A stretch of 64,000 bases of DNA from Nitrospirota bacterium (lineage in GTDB: Bacteria; Nitrospirota; UBA9217): positions 352,001 through 416,000 of the forward strand of contig CAWJQQ010000009.1 in NCBI GenBank assembly GCA_963845065.1, given 5' to 3'. Made by a program: the position numbers and the translations under genes. The notes below the pieces were generated by a model that searched no databases, had not been told where the DNA came from, and was given only the letters and a program-made list of their open reading frames with translations. This document shows positions 28,876 through 39,377 of the stretch, in pieces. Within the stretch, counting starts at the first letter, position 1; each line of letters starts with the position of its first letter.

Positions 28876-29778
28876 ATGGACCGACGAAAATTTCTAAAAT
28901 TGGCAGCGCTGACTGGTGCAGGCCTTTCGTTGCCCGCAGGGTTGAACCTGATGGCCGAGGCTGCAGAGACAACCCTCCATCCCGATCTCGTGATTGCACA
29001 CGGCGTGTCCCCTGAAAAGATCGTGAGGGCGGCCATCGACGCCATGGGCGGGATCAAGAAGTTTGTTTCGCGAGGCGATATCGTCGTAATCAAACCGAAT
29101 ATCGGCTGGGACCGGACTCCAGAGCAGGCCGGGGACACGAATCCGGAAGTCGTTGCTGCAGTGGTAAAACTCTGTTTCGAGGCCGGCGCCAAGAAGGTAA
29201 GGGTCTTCGACAGGCCAGTGAACGATCCGCGGCGGTGCTTTGTCCAGAGCGGGATAGCACCAGCAGCGGCTGCTTTGGGTGCAAATGTCGATTATGTGGA
29301 CGACCGAAAGTTTAAGGACATGGATATCAACGGGACAGTGCTCAAGTCCTGGCCGCTCTATACGGAGATCTTTGAAGCGGATAAGGTGATCAATATCCCG
29401 ATTGCGAAGCACCACGGTCTTGCTAAACTTACGATGTCCATGAAAAACTGGATGGGAGTAATGGGAGGAGAGCGCCGCCAGATTCATCAGAAGTTGGACG
29501 AGAGCCTTGTGGATCTCTCTATGAAGATAAAACCGACGCTCACGATCCTCGACGCCGTGCGCATCCTGACGGCGAACGGCCCCCAGGGCGGCGATCTCGC
29601 GGACGTGAAAAAACTCGATACCATCATCGTGGGAGTGGACCAAGTCGCCATTGATTCCTATGGTGCAACGCTCTTCGGATTGAAAGGACGCGACCTCGGG
29701 TATGTAACGCTTGGTCATAAACGCGGGATGGGGCAGATGGATCTGAACAAAGTGAGGATCAAGAAGGTCAATGTTTAA
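28876..29778 (+). CDS. DUF362 Fe-S protein with Tat signal
   Basis: MDRRKFLK Tat motif, VVIKPN, TNPEVV, AKHH..LTMSMKN. Confidence 0.85.
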   Translation: MDRRKFLKLAALTGAGLSLPAGLNLMAEAAETTLHPDLVIAHGVSPEKIVRAAIDAMGGIKKFVSRGDIVVIKPNIGWDRTPEQAGDTNPEVVAAVVKLCFEAGAKKVRVFDRPVNDPRRCFVQSGIAPAAAALGANVDYVDDRKFKDMDINGTVLKSWPLYTEIFEADKVINIPIAKHHGLAKLTMSMKNWMGVMGGERRQIHQKLDESLVDLSMKIKPTLTILDAVRILTANGPQGGDLADVKKLDTIIVGVDQVAIDSYGATLFGLKGRDLGYVTLGHKRGMGQMDLNKVRIKKVNV

Positions 29779-29918
29779 TCAAAGGTGAAGTGAGATTGGA
29801 CCCGCATCAGTTAGGCCGGAGCTACTGTGAGATGGAGCTTTTTTAAGCGTAGTAGATGGAGAAAATAGTCGAGGAAAAATTCAAAGGGTCGTGGAGAAGA
29901 AGTGTCATTTAGCCTTAC

Positions 29919-31582
29919 CAAACTATCCGCAGAAAGCCCCTGGTTTTAACCATGGGGATGAATGCGGGAACTTTGTTTTTCGGCAATTAGTAGACAAATG
30001 TACATCTATGTGGTATATTCAAACAACCAATGCCGAATAAACCTAAAACCCCATCTTGTATTCACGAGTTTCAACTCGTAGTGACTCCAAAGGACAATCG
30101 AATGCTCGATGCCCGGCTCGAAGCTGGCCGTTATCTATATAATGCCTGCCTTGGTGAAGCGATGAAGCGTCTTACTGCCATGCGGCGATCAGAAAAATGG
30201 CTCGTGGCGATCACGAAGAAGAAAAGCAAGCTTCGCACCAAGATGTTTAAGACAGCCAGAACCCAGGCTGAATATACTGAATACCACCTTCATAACTACG
30301 TCGGTATCCTCCGCAATTCCTGCTGGATCAGTGAGCATATTGACAGCCTGACCGCCCAGAAGATAGCATCTCGAGCATATAGCGCCGTCGCTGACTACGA
30401 GTTTGGGAAGCATGGCAAACCACGTTTCAAGCGCCATGGCTGGATGTCGTCCCTTGAAGGTAAAAACAACAAATCCGGTATTCGGTGGTGCGATGACCAT
30501 GTGGAGTGGACCGGCCTTCGTCTCAACTGTGTCTTCGATAAGAAAGACAAGTTTGGCGTTCAGACTCATGCACTTAGCCATGATGTCAAGTACGTTCGTC
30601 TGGTCAAGAAAACTATCCGCGGCAATCCCCGCTGGTTTGCCCAACTTGTGCTTAAAGGCACGGCCAAGATCAAGCGTGAGAACCAGATTGGCACCGAAAC
30701 TGTCGGCCTTGACATTGGCCCGTCGACAGTTGCCATCGTTGGTGATACCGATGCGTTACTACTCGAATTTTGCCCTGAAGTCGAGATACCGTTTAAACGT
30801 ATCAAGACCGTCCAGCGCACAATGGCCAGAAGCCTTCGTGCTACCAACCCGGGCAACTACAACGGAGACAAAACCATCAAAACGGGTAAAAAACAGTGGG
30901 TCTTTTCTGCTCAATACCGTGTTCTTAAAGCTAAGCTCGCCGAACTTCAAAGAATCCTTGCTGAAACCAGAAAACGGTCTCATGGCAAGCTCGTGAACAA
31001 AGTCCTCACTCTCGGTACCGACATCAAAACCGAGAAACTGTCGTACAAAGCATTTCAGAAACTCTATGGTAAAAGTATTTCGCGACGAGCTCCGGGGATG
31101 TTTATGTCGATGCTTCACCACAAAGCCGAAAACGCTGGCGGTAAAGTAACCGATTTTTCTACCCGGAGCACAAAGCTTTCCCAGACATGCCATTGCGGAA
31201 CAGTAGCCAAAAAATCATTGTCCCAAAGATGGCATGCCTGCAACTGCGGGGTAAGCACCCAGCGTGATCTCTATTCCGCATTCCTTGCAAAGCATGTTTC
31301 TAACGATGTCCTCGACACGCGTCAGGCTGCCAAAGCCTGGCCGGGTGCAAACCTGCTCCTGGAACGGGCGGTGTTGGGGGTGCAGCATGAAGCGGCAAAG
31401 GGTAGAATTCATCCAACCAGCTTCAGTATCAAGCACGAGAACACCACGAACCGGAGACAGAGCTGCTTGTCCGTTAAAGGCGGATCAACGACAGTCGAGG
31501 CCGACAACGTTCGTATTGTTGCCGGAGAGCCTGTCGGTACAGCCGCTAGAACCCCCTGGCTTTAGACATGGGGAGTGGTCAG
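29919..31582 (+). mobile_element. IS200/IS605-family tnpB-only element, copy 2, 1664 bp
   Basis: After TTAC (29915-29918) and ending TCAG. Same length as copy 1 with about 20 substitutions; lies between the DUF362 and polyferredoxin genes. Confidence 0.95.
30030..31565 (+). CDS. tnpB: TnpB RNA-guided endonuclease
   Basis: Same motifs as copy 1 with 9 amino-acid differences; D/E/D triad intact. Confidence 0.93.
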   Translation: MPNKPKTPSCIHEFQLVVTPKDNRMLDARLEAGRYLYNACLGEAMKRLTAMRRSEKWLVAITKKKSKLRTKMFKTARTQAEYTEYHLHNYVGILRNSCWISEHIDSLTAQKIASRAYSAVADYEFGKHGKPRFKRHGWMSSLEGKNNKSGIRWCDDHVEWTGLRLNCVFDKKDKFGVQTHALSHDVKYVRLVKKTIRGNPRWFAQLVLKGTAKIKRENQIGTETVGLDIGPSTVAIVGDTDALLLEFCPEVEIPFKRIKTVQRTMARSLRATNPGNYNGDKTIKTGKKQWVFSAQYRVLKAKLAELQRILAETRKRSHGKLVNKVLTLGTDIKTEKLSYKAFQKLYGKSISRRAPGMFMSMLHHKAENAGGKVTDFSTRSTKLSQTCHCGTVAKKSLSQRWHACNCGVSTQRDLYSAFLAKHVSNDVLDTRQAAKAWPGANLLLERAVLGVQHEAAKGRIHPTSFSIKHENTTNRRQSCLSVKGGSTTVEADNVRIVAGEPVGTAARTPWL

Positions 31583-31704
31583 TGTGTTAACTATAACTTG
31601 CCTTTTTCTTCCATCTGTATTATCATTTCAACGAAAATGTGCCGGTATACTCCGCGTCTTGACGCGGGGTTCTTGACTCATTTAGCCAGCGAACTGAATA
31701 GATC

Positions 31705-33249
31705 ATGCAAAACCTTCGTAGACTGACCCAGGGGCTAGTACTCCTTTTTTTCCTCTTTCTGTTTATCCAGACCGAGTCAAGGGGAATTGACGATCTTGGG
31801 TATCCCGTGCGCCTGTTTCTCGATTTTAACCCCCTTATCTTCATCACGACAATCCTGTCCGCCCATGCCGCAGCAAAGGCTTTTTACTTTTCCCTTATAA
31901 CTATTGTCATCACGCTCGTCTTCGGGAGGGTTTTCTGCGGATGGGCCTGTCCGCTTGGCACCCTGAATAACCTCGTCGGTTCTATCAGAAAAAATAAGCC
32001 TGCTGATTTATACGTAAAGGGGTACCGCGTCAAATATTATATCCTGATCGCAGTCCTCGTTTCAGCCCTCTTTACGCTTCAACCGGTTGGATTCATTGAC
32101 CCGCTTTCGCTCCTCATTCGATCGTTATCCGTGAGCGTTTATCCCTTGTTCAACTACAGCGTGAGGTCGACATTCGATACAATCTATGCAATGAACCTAC
32201 TCGGCTCTGCGAACATAACCGAACCGGTTTATAGGGTGCTCAAAAAAACCGTGCTTTCATTTGATCAATCGTTCTACAAACAAAGCGTACTGATGGGCAG
32301 TCTCTTCTTTATTGTTCTCGGCTTGAATTTGATTGAGAAGAGGTTTTGGTGCAAATACCTTTGCCCGCTCGGCGCCCTCCTCGGCATCTTTTCGCGATAT
32401 TCGATATTGAAGCGGTCAGTGAGCGAAGGATGTACCTCCTGCGGAATCTGCGCAACCACCTGCCAGGGAAATGCCAGGCCCGACGCAGGTGAACACTGGA
32501 AGGACACCGAATGCCTCGTGTGCTGGAACTGCGACGATATCTGTCCACAGAATGCAGTGAGTTTCGGTTTTTTGGGCAAGCGGTCAGCTGCAGCCATGGA
32601 CCTCGGCAGGAGAAGAATCATTGCATCGGCTCTCAGCGGGATAGTAGCCGTTCCGCTTCTGCGTATTACGCCGATTACAAGGACGAATTCCCAGAACCCC
32701 GATCTTTTGCGCCCTCCGGGGTCGCTTGAAGAAAAGGAGTTTCTGAAACGTTGCGTCAAGTGTGGGGAATGTATGAGGGTCTGCATCACGAACGGACTCC
32801 AGCCGACGTTCCTGGAAGCCGGGGCCGAAGGCATCTGGTCTCCATTGCTTGTCCCGCGCATCGGTTACTGCGAATATCGCTGCACGCTCTGTGGCCAGGT
32901 TTGCCCTACCGGGGCTATCAAAAGACTGCATCTGGAGGATAAAGCGAAAACGAAGATCGGCCTTGCGATGATCGACAAGGGAAGGTGCCTTCCCTGGGCC
33001 CATGACCGGCCGTGCATCATGTGCGAGGAAGTCTGTCCTACACCGAAAAAAGCCATCTGGATCGAAAAAGTCCAGGTGCGCGATCGCCAGGGCAAGAGCG
33101 TGTTTGTACAGCAACCTCATGTGGACCTCGAACTGTGCATCGGCTGCGGCATTTGCGAGAACAAGTGCCCTGTGCTCGGCAGGCCAGCAATTTATGTATC
33201 GAGCGTGGGGGAGAGCAGGTCGAAGGGGAATCAGTTACTGCTAACATGA
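31705..33249 (+). CDS. Membrane polyferredoxin (NapH-like + MauM/NapG-like 4Fe-4S domains)
   Basis: GRVFCGWACPLG, RFWCKYLCPLG and multiple CxxCxxC..CP motifs; usual partner of DUF362. Confidence 0.88.
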   Translation: MQNLRRLTQGLVLLFFLFLFIQTESRGIDDLGYPVRLFLDFNPLIFITTILSAHAAAKAFYFSLITIVITLVFGRVFCGWACPLGTLNNLVGSIRKNKPADLYVKGYRVKYYILIAVLVSALFTLQPVGFIDPLSLLIRSLSVSVYPLFNYSVRSTFDTIYAMNLLGSANITEPVYRVLKKTVLSFDQSFYKQSVLMGSLFFIVLGLNLIEKRFWCKYLCPLGALLGIFSRYSILKRSVSEGCTSCGICATTCQGNARPDAGEHWKDTECLVCWNCDDICPQNAVSFGFLGKRSAAAMDLGRRRIIASALSGIVAVPLLRITPITRTNSQNPDLLRPPGSLEEKEFLKRCVKCGECMRVCITNGLQPTFLEAGAEGIWSPLLVPRIGYCEYRCTLCGQVCPTGAIKRLHLEDKAKTKIGLAMIDKGRCLPWAHDRPCIMCEEVCPTPKKAIWIEKVQVRDRQGKSVFVQQPHVDLELCIGCGICENKCPVLGRPAIYVSSVGESRSKGNQLLLT

Positions 33250-33348
33250 ACGGAAACGCCTCTAAGCCATTGCATGCGGTTTTTCATTGTAGGTTTTGTC
33301 AGAGAGTAGTGGTTGATCATTTAAAATCCATGTTCAAGTGAGGGAAGA

Positions 33349-34218
33349 TTGAAATACGCATACATCATTGCCATCGTGGTTCTCATTTTATGTAGCCGCG
33401 TGATGCCAGCGGCAGCAGCGCGTCAGCAAAGGATCCCTGCAAAGGCTGCAATCGTCGTTGACTCAAACGGAGAGGTTCTTTACGCAAAGTACCCCGATGC
33501 AAAACTCGCACCTGCAAGCACCGTCAAGCTTGTTACTGCCATGGTGGTTATCGACAGGCTTGATCCAGCGATCAAAGTGAAGATCAGCAGGAATGCGGGG
33601 AGGGTCCGGTCCATACAGCCGAGACTGTATGCCGGCGAAGAGGTTACGGTTTCCGATCTTCTTCACCTCGCCCTCATGAAATCCATCAATTCCGCTGCGG
33701 TGGCTCTTGCCGAAGCGGCAGCCGGATCAGAGAAGGACTTTGTAACGTTGATGAACCAGAAGGCGAAAGAGATAGGAACCAACAACACGCTCTTTGCAAA
33801 TGCATCAGGCCTCCCGAAGGGGACTCAATACACCACCGCTAGTGATCTTGCCCTCATTTTGAAGGCATCGCTCTCATATCCTCTTATACGAGATATCCTG
33901 GGTACGAAAGCATATCTGATAAGTACAGCGGAGGGACGGGAAATATTTCTGGAGAACTCGAACAATCTCCTTTGGCAGGAGGACAATATAATCGGCGGGA
34001 AAACGGGCTACACCGGGAATGCACGGCACTGTTTTGTATGTGCGATCGATACGGGCAGAGGCCCCCTTTTTACTGCAGTCCTCGGAGCTCGTTCCCGGAG
34101 CAGCTTATGGAGAAGCACACTCATGCTTGAGGCGATCGGTATGCAAAAGGAGGCGTTGCATAGACTAGATTTGCCGAACGACGGTTCAGGGGCAGTCCAT
34201 GCCGTGGCAAGTGAATAA
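33349..34218 (+). CDS. D-alanyl-D-alanine carboxypeptidase/endopeptidase (peptidase S11)
   Basis: Signal peptide, PASTVK (SxxK), SIN (SxN), KTG. Confidence 0.9.
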   Translation: MKYAYIIAIVVLILCSRVMPAAAARQQRIPAKAAIVVDSNGEVLYAKYPDAKLAPASTVKLVTAMVVIDRLDPAIKVKISRNAGRVRSIQPRLYAGEEVTVSDLLHLALMKSINSAAVALAEAAAGSEKDFVTLMNQKAKEIGTNNTLFANASGLPKGTQYTTASDLALILKASLSYPLIRDILGTKAYLISTAEGREIFLENSNNLLWQEDNIIGGKTGYTGNARHCFVCAIDTGRGPLFTAVLGARSRSSLWRSTLMLEAIGMQKEALHRLDLPNDGSGAVHAVASE

Positions 34219-34343
34219 CGCGCACACCAGATGACGAGTCAATGGTACATTTATGAATGTTAGCCTGGTGGCGGTGACTTTCTGCCCTAATGCTAGATCA
34301 GGTACTTTGTCTCATTTCATAGCCTTATCTTTAACTGCAGCGA

Positions 34344-35432
34344 TCAAACCGTGGTAAACTTCAGCGACTCAGCCAGAGCCTGGTTCACGATTTTGCCGTG
34401 ATAGGTGTTGAGCGCACTTCTGATGATCACGTCTTCCAGTACTGCTTTTTTGATCCCTTTATCAGCGATAATCTTAATATAAGGCAAGGTGGCGTTCGTG
34501 AGGGCCAGCGTTGACGTCCTCGGGTAGGCACCCGGCATATTTGCTACGCAATAGTGGATAATGCCGTCAACGGCGAACACGGGGTCATCGTGCGTCGTGG
34601 GGTGCGAGGTTTCAACGCACCCGCCCTGGTCAATGGAGACGTCAACGATAACCGCACCTTTTTTCATGGTCCTGAGCATCGGTCTGGTAATCAAAATAGG
34701 TGACCTGCCTCCGGGCACTAGGACTGCACCGACAATGATATCCACATCCCTGATCTCTTCCGCGATGGTCTGGGTTGTTACGGGCAGGGTTTTCACCCTT
34801 CCCATGAACAACTCATCTATTTTTTGAAGCCGTTCCGTAACTTTGTTCATTAGGATGGTTTCCATTCCGAGACTCGATGCCACCCGGGCCGCATTCGTAC
34901 CGACCACTCCCGCGCCGAGGATCACAGTTTTTGCAGGCTTGACGCCGCTCGCACCGGTTGCCAGAATGCCTGAACCTCCTTTGAATTTCTGAAGATAGTA
35001 AATCCCCATGAGCGGGGCCATACGACCGGCTATTTCGCTCATCGGTGATAAAAGAGGCAGACTATTGTCTTTGGTCAGTGTCTCGTACGCGATGCCTGTT
35101 ACACGTTTCCTCAAAAGAACTTCGGAAAGCTCCCTGTTCGGCGCAAGATGAAGATAAGTAAAGACCGCCTGCTCGCGCCGGACAAAATCATATTCTGCCG
35201 GAACCGGTTCTTTGACCTTGACGATCAATTCGGCCTTTTCGAAGAGGCTGTGCTTATCGGTCATATCAGCTCCGGCTTTTCTATACTCTTCATCAGTGAA
35301 CCCGCTGCCTTCTCCGGCACCAGTCTCGACGAGAACGGTGTGGCCGTCCTGATTCAAGTCATGTACGCCGAAGGGCGTGACGCCGACGCGAAATTCTTCG
35401 ACTTTAATCTCTTTGGGGACGCCGATAATCAT
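34344..35432 (-). CDS. ald: Alanine dehydrogenase
   Basis: IGVPKEIK, KVKEP, FTYLHLA, PMSEIAGR, DQGGC, VANMPG. Start trimmed. Confidence 0.95.
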   Translation of the reverse strand: MIIGVPKEIKVEEFRVGVTPFGVHDLNQDGHTVLVETGAGEGSGFTDEEYRKAGADMTDKHSLFEKAELIVKVKEPVPAEYDFVRREQAVFTYLHLAPNRELSEVLLRKRVTGIAYETLTKDNSLPLLSPMSEIAGRMAPLMGIYYLQKFKGGSGILATGASGVKPAKTVILGAGVVGTNAARVASSLGMETILMNKVTERLQKIDELFMGRVKTLPVTTQTIAEEIRDVDIIVGAVLVPGGRSPILITRPMLRTMKKGAVIVDVSIDQGGCVETSHPTTHDDPVFAVDGIIHYCVANMPGAYPRTSTLALTNATLPYIKIIADKGIKKAVLEDVIIRSALNTYHGKIVNQALAESLKFTTV

Positions 35433-35482
35433 GTCTGATCCTGGGTGACTTCTTCTTATGTACCTAATGAACTCTCCCGCCA

Positions 35483-35710
35483 CTATAAGAACGGAGTAAG
35501 ATCCTCATCCTTCGATTGAGAGTATTGCTGATTGACAGGAGTTAGCATGCCGGTCAAAGCAAGAGCGTGGTTACGGAACGTGCAGAAGTAATTGTTCCAA
35601 GCGGCCTTAGCGTTGTATATCAACCGTTGACAACCTATCCATAGAGTAAGCACCTCTTGCAATTTCTCTGTCGGATAGGCTCTAAATTTAACTCCGCCTG
35701 ATGGACTCAT
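35483..35710 (-). pseudogene. Truncated tnpB (N-terminal HTH only), from a different family than the full copies
   Basis: VKFRAYPT..Q..L..WIGCQRLIYNAK...QQYSQ.KD..LTPFL matches the IS605 OrfB N-terminus; no RuvC follows. Confidence 0.75.
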
Positions 35711-35942
35711 AGTTTATTGACCTAATATGAACATTATATCATATAAGTGGATACATGCCTATTTTTGGGGCGGGAAAATGCATTGACCAGTAAAGTTACA
35801 TGGCATCCGCTAGACCCCTTCTGGAATTTTACGCCTCCTAGGGGAATGCGCGGACAGGAATTCATGAGAGTATTGACTAATTGGAGAATTTTCGGTACTA
35901 TGAGCGTTCAAAAAAAATATTCTATCAGGAGGGTATTATTAT

Positions 35943-36470
35943 ATGGTAGAAGAAAAAAAAGAGTCTTGGCTCAATTATCTCGCACTCACGACGGTGATCT
36001 TCGCGGTCTGTGCAACGCTTTCAACGCTCAAAGGCGGGGGGTATGGTTCGAAGGCGGTTATGTCACAGGAGCAGGCTTCGGATCAGTGGTCCTATTATCA
36101 GGCAAAGAGCATAAAAGGTGATCTCTATGGGCTTCAGCGGGACAAGCTGAATCTTGAATTGAAAGTGGGGGCGCGCGGTGCTGCGGCAGAGTATCGGGAA
36201 AAGGTCCAATTCTACCAGACCGAGATAAACCGCTATAACGGTGAAAAGGAAGAGATCAAGAAAAAGGCCTATGTACTCGAGGCGAGCAGAGACGATGCAC
36301 AGAAACATTCCGGCGCCTTCGGTTTGGCGGCCATGTTTCTCCAGATAGCAATCCTGCTCTCGTCCATTGCTGCCTTGATGAAGCAGAAATATTTTTGGTA
36401 TCTCGGATTGGCTTCGGGAGTTTCTGGCCTCATCTATTTCTTTAACGGGTTTTTCCTCTTCATGAAATAG
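35943..36470 (+). CDS. DUF4337-like membrane protein
   Basis: ASDQWSYYQAKSIK, LQIAILLSSIAAL. Confidence 0.8.
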   Translation: MVEEKKESWLNYLALTTVIFAVCATLSTLKGGGYGSKAVMSQEQASDQWSYYQAKSIKGDLYGLQRDKLNLELKVGARGAAAEYREKVQFYQTEINRYNGEKEEIKKKAYVLEASRDDAQKHSGAFGLAAMFLQIAILLSSIAALMKQKYFWYLGLASGVSGLIYFFNGFFLFMK

Positions 36471-36603
36471 TTTGTACGGAACGGGGTGGCAAAGTAGCAG
36501 CCCCCTATTCGTTCATCCATTCGACATAACTTCATCGGTGCTCTTGTCCTGTTTTTGGGCATACCCGCAAAGATTTGTTACCCTTCACTTATAGATAAGG
36601 AAC

Positions 36604-37353
36604 ATGGAAATGAAACGATACAAATGGCAAATAGTTCTTGGCACATCGCTAATCACGGTTTCGATGGCATTATTTATCGCTCAAATCATTATTTTTCAGG
36701 ATGTGCGAAATACGTTTTTCTATCTGCTTCAGGACATCGCTTTTATCCCGATCCAGGTGTTATTAGTTACGTTGATTTTGAATACACTTTTGAACGTCCG
36801 CGAAAAGGTTGCTATGCTGAACAAATTGAACATGGTCATCGGCACGTTCTTCAGCGAGGTTGGTAGCGGGCTTTTGAAATGCTTCTCAGATTTCGACCAT
36901 AACACCGACAAGACCAGGGCCGAGCTCCAGGTATCAATCCACTGGTCGGAGCAGCATTTTTCAAAAGTTGCCAGGGATTTCTCAAAGTATGATTTGCGTA
37001 TCGACTATGTAAAGGCCGACCTGATGGCACTCAAGGCCTATCTGGCCGGTAAGCGCGATTTTCTTTTGAGACTTCTCGAGAACCCTAACCTGCTCGAGCA
37101 TGAGACATTCACCGAGCTGCTCTGGGCAGTTTTTCACCTAACCGAAGAGTTGTCGGTACGGGATGACGTTAATCAACTGACCACTGTTGACGGCAACCAT
37201 ATCGGTGGCGACATGAAACGGGCGTATTCTCTTCTCATCGTGGAATGGCTTATGTACATGAAGCACCTAAAACGCGAATATCCATATCTTTTCTCGCTGG
37301 CTGTACGCTTAAATCCTTTTGATATACAGGCGTCGGCTATCGTGAAAGAATAG
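36604..37353 (+). CDS. Conserved hypothetical membrane protein
   Basis: Two N-terminal TM segments, LLENPNLLEHETFT.LLWAVFHL, long ORF with RBS. Confidence 0.75.
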   Translation: MEMKRYKWQIVLGTSLITVSMALFIAQIIIFQDVRNTFFYLLQDIAFIPIQVLLVTLILNTLLNVREKVAMLNKLNMVIGTFFSEVGSGLLKCFSDFDHNTDKTRAELQVSIHWSEQHFSKVARDFSKYDLRIDYVKADLMALKAYLAGKRDFLLRLLENPNLLEHETFTELLWAVFHLTEELSVRDDVNQLTTVDGNHIGGDMKRAYSLLIVEWLMYMKHLKREYPYLFSLAVRLNPFDIQASAIVKE

Positions 37354-37361
37354 TCATCTAG

Positions 37362-37408
37362 GAAAATAGCGCGGGAATCCCCATGTGCTTTGGCGGTGGG
37401 AGGCCAAA
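37362..37408 (+). mobile_element. Left-end / solo-hairpin relic of the TTAG MITE family
   Basis: CTAG, then AGCGCGGGAATCCCCATGTGCTTTGGCGGTGGGAG, resembling the copy A left end AGCGCGGGAAACCCCACATGCCTTAGCAGTGAG with the same +15..+18 guide spacing. Confidence 0.45.
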
Positions 37409-37728
37409 ATGAGGATAACTTTTGCTGCAAGGAGAGGACGTCGTTAGAAAACCCTAATAAGGGATTGCACGTTTGTTGCCGAAATATATTTAATAATAAC
37501 CTCGATAACCCATCGGTGTTTATCGTTATTGAAATCGGGCAGACCTGGTCTCTGGGCATGACGACCGGGGCAAACCGAGGCATTTTAACTTGGCGCACTC
37601 TTTTTTCGGACGGACAGGATTGCAAAAATCATATAAAATTATATCGGACTCGCACAGATTTGCAAGCCGTAATTGCTGAGTAACGTAAACAACATTTATG
37701 ACCTCAAACGCCACTCCTGTGCCTCGTC

Positions 37729-39015
37729 CTAATTTTTAAAGTCAATTGCTTCGCCCTTCCTGATATCTTCTGTACTATTGCTTACCACGGCGGTAGATGT
37801 CAGATCCTTCACCAGAAAGACGAGCACCTCGCCGACTGCTTTTCTTGGAATTCCCTTTTCCCCAGGTTCTTCGTATACAACGAATCGGTCGCCCGGTTCA
37901 ACGCCGTCCAGGCTTCCTTTATCCAGGTAAACGATGTCTGACTCCCCGTTTATGGCGTGATTGTCTGTCACCGCAAGAATATAGCCTGAAATATCTTTTA
38001 CCTTTTTTTGTGATGATTCATAGATGAGGGAAGGTTCCTGATAGGGTATCAATTGACTTTTCTTCTCGATGGCATTGAACGAGAGAGTGATCTGAGCGGT
38101 GAGCACGTCATCTGAATCCTTGGCAGTAATCTGAAGGATGCCTAATCCGCGGATGAGCCGCCCATAGGGTTTGTGGGTTATCGGATGCCTTACCCTTTCG
38201 AGCGGTGAGTAGATGAGATACTTGTCGCCGACATTCATATTTTCTTTTGAATTGACTTTTATATACACGATGTCGCCATAGCCGTATATTGTTTTTTCGC
38301 TATCGGCTCCACCAACGATCATGCCACTGCTTTCGATATCATTCACAAAGCCCGCGCTTAGCATGGAGTACTTATCGATGAGCGGAACGGCCTGCTGCTC
38401 CGGTACAATGAGCGAGCTCCCTTCTGATGGGGCCGCTGCTTCTGGAGCTTCTACGGGAGGAGCGGGCGGTACCGGTTTTGGCTGCGCGATCCGGGCCGTA
38501 CTAATACCTTCCTCTGGTTCTGGTTTCTGAGCAGGCACCGCCACTTCCTCTTTCGGGGCGGGCTGCTGCTCGATCGCCTGTTCCACGGGGGCGAGATTCG
38601 GGATGGATAGTTTACTGCCGGCAAATATCATGTCCGGATCGGTTATGTCCGGATTTGCTTTCCAGATGAATGGCCAGAGAAAAGGATCTTTTAGATAAGT
38701 ATTCGCGATGTCCCAGAGCGTGTCGCCAGGTTTGATCGTGTATACTGTCGCCTCTTCCGGTGCGGGGACAGAGGCTGAAGTCTCCACAGGGGATGATGGC
38801 GCTTGCTGTTTTTCAGACGCCGACTCTGCTTGTTTCATGGTGGGATTGACCACCGCATTACCCTGCTGCTGGACAACTTCCCCGGTTTTTTCGGGCTGCG
38901 GCACAGCAGGGGCATTCTGATCCTGAGAAACGGCTATACCGGGAGCAAACAGGACAAGCAATAAAAGAAGAGCAAAGCACGCTGCATGCGAAATAGCGTC
39001 CAACCGTTTGGTCAT
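37729..39015 (-). CDS. LysM peptidoglycan-binding exported protein
   Basis: Signal peptide, YTIKPGDTLWDIA...LWPFIWKANP.I.DPD.I, Pro-rich linker. Confidence 0.88.
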   Translation of the reverse strand: MTKRLDAISHAACFALLLLLVLFAPGIAVSQDQNAPAVPQPEKTGEVVQQQGNAVVNPTMKQAESASEKQQAPSSPVETSASVPAPEEATVYTIKPGDTLWDIANTYLKDPFLWPFIWKANPDITDPDMIFAGSKLSIPNLAPVEQAIEQQPAPKEEVAVPAQKPEPEEGISTARIAQPKPVPPAPPVEAPEAAAPSEGSSLIVPEQQAVPLIDKYSMLSAGFVNDIESSGMIVGGADSEKTIYGYGDIVYIKVNSKENMNVGDKYLIYSPLERVRHPITHKPYGRLIRGLGILQITAKDSDDVLTAQITLSFNAIEKKSQLIPYQEPSLIYESSQKKVKDISGYILAVTDNHAINGESDIVYLDKGSLDGVEPGDRFVVYEEPGEKGIPRKAVGEVLVFLVKDLTSTAVVSNSTEDIRKGEAIDFKN

Positions 39016-39377
39016 TCCTGCCTCCTGACGTAATTGCCTTTTTTATACCAGTGAGAGCTGGCATTGCGGTGATCCGTGTTCTGGGAATTCAAGCAGGTAG
39101 GCCGCTCCGGCGAACCGGGAAGGAACGCGTAAGTCGAAAGGATGGCGAAAATCATTGTGTCGGGGCACATTCCGAAACGATCCTCCTTGTGCTGAACGGC
39201 ATAGGAGCCAAATCTCTATCCTTTATCCGGCTATCCGCTAGTTGATTCAAAAGGGGATTGCAGGGCCAATTTTTTCTAAAGATTAACGAGAAACCTCTGG
39301 TTTGTCAAGAGAATAATAGGAATGGTGTTAAACCAGACCTTGCTTTTGACCGGTATTTTTGGTATTCTGCCGATACG

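Noticed and set aside
35795..35853. IS left-end-like hairpin upstream of the tnpB stub
   Set aside because: Orientation is ambiguous and guide/target spacing does not fit, so no boundary can be assigned.
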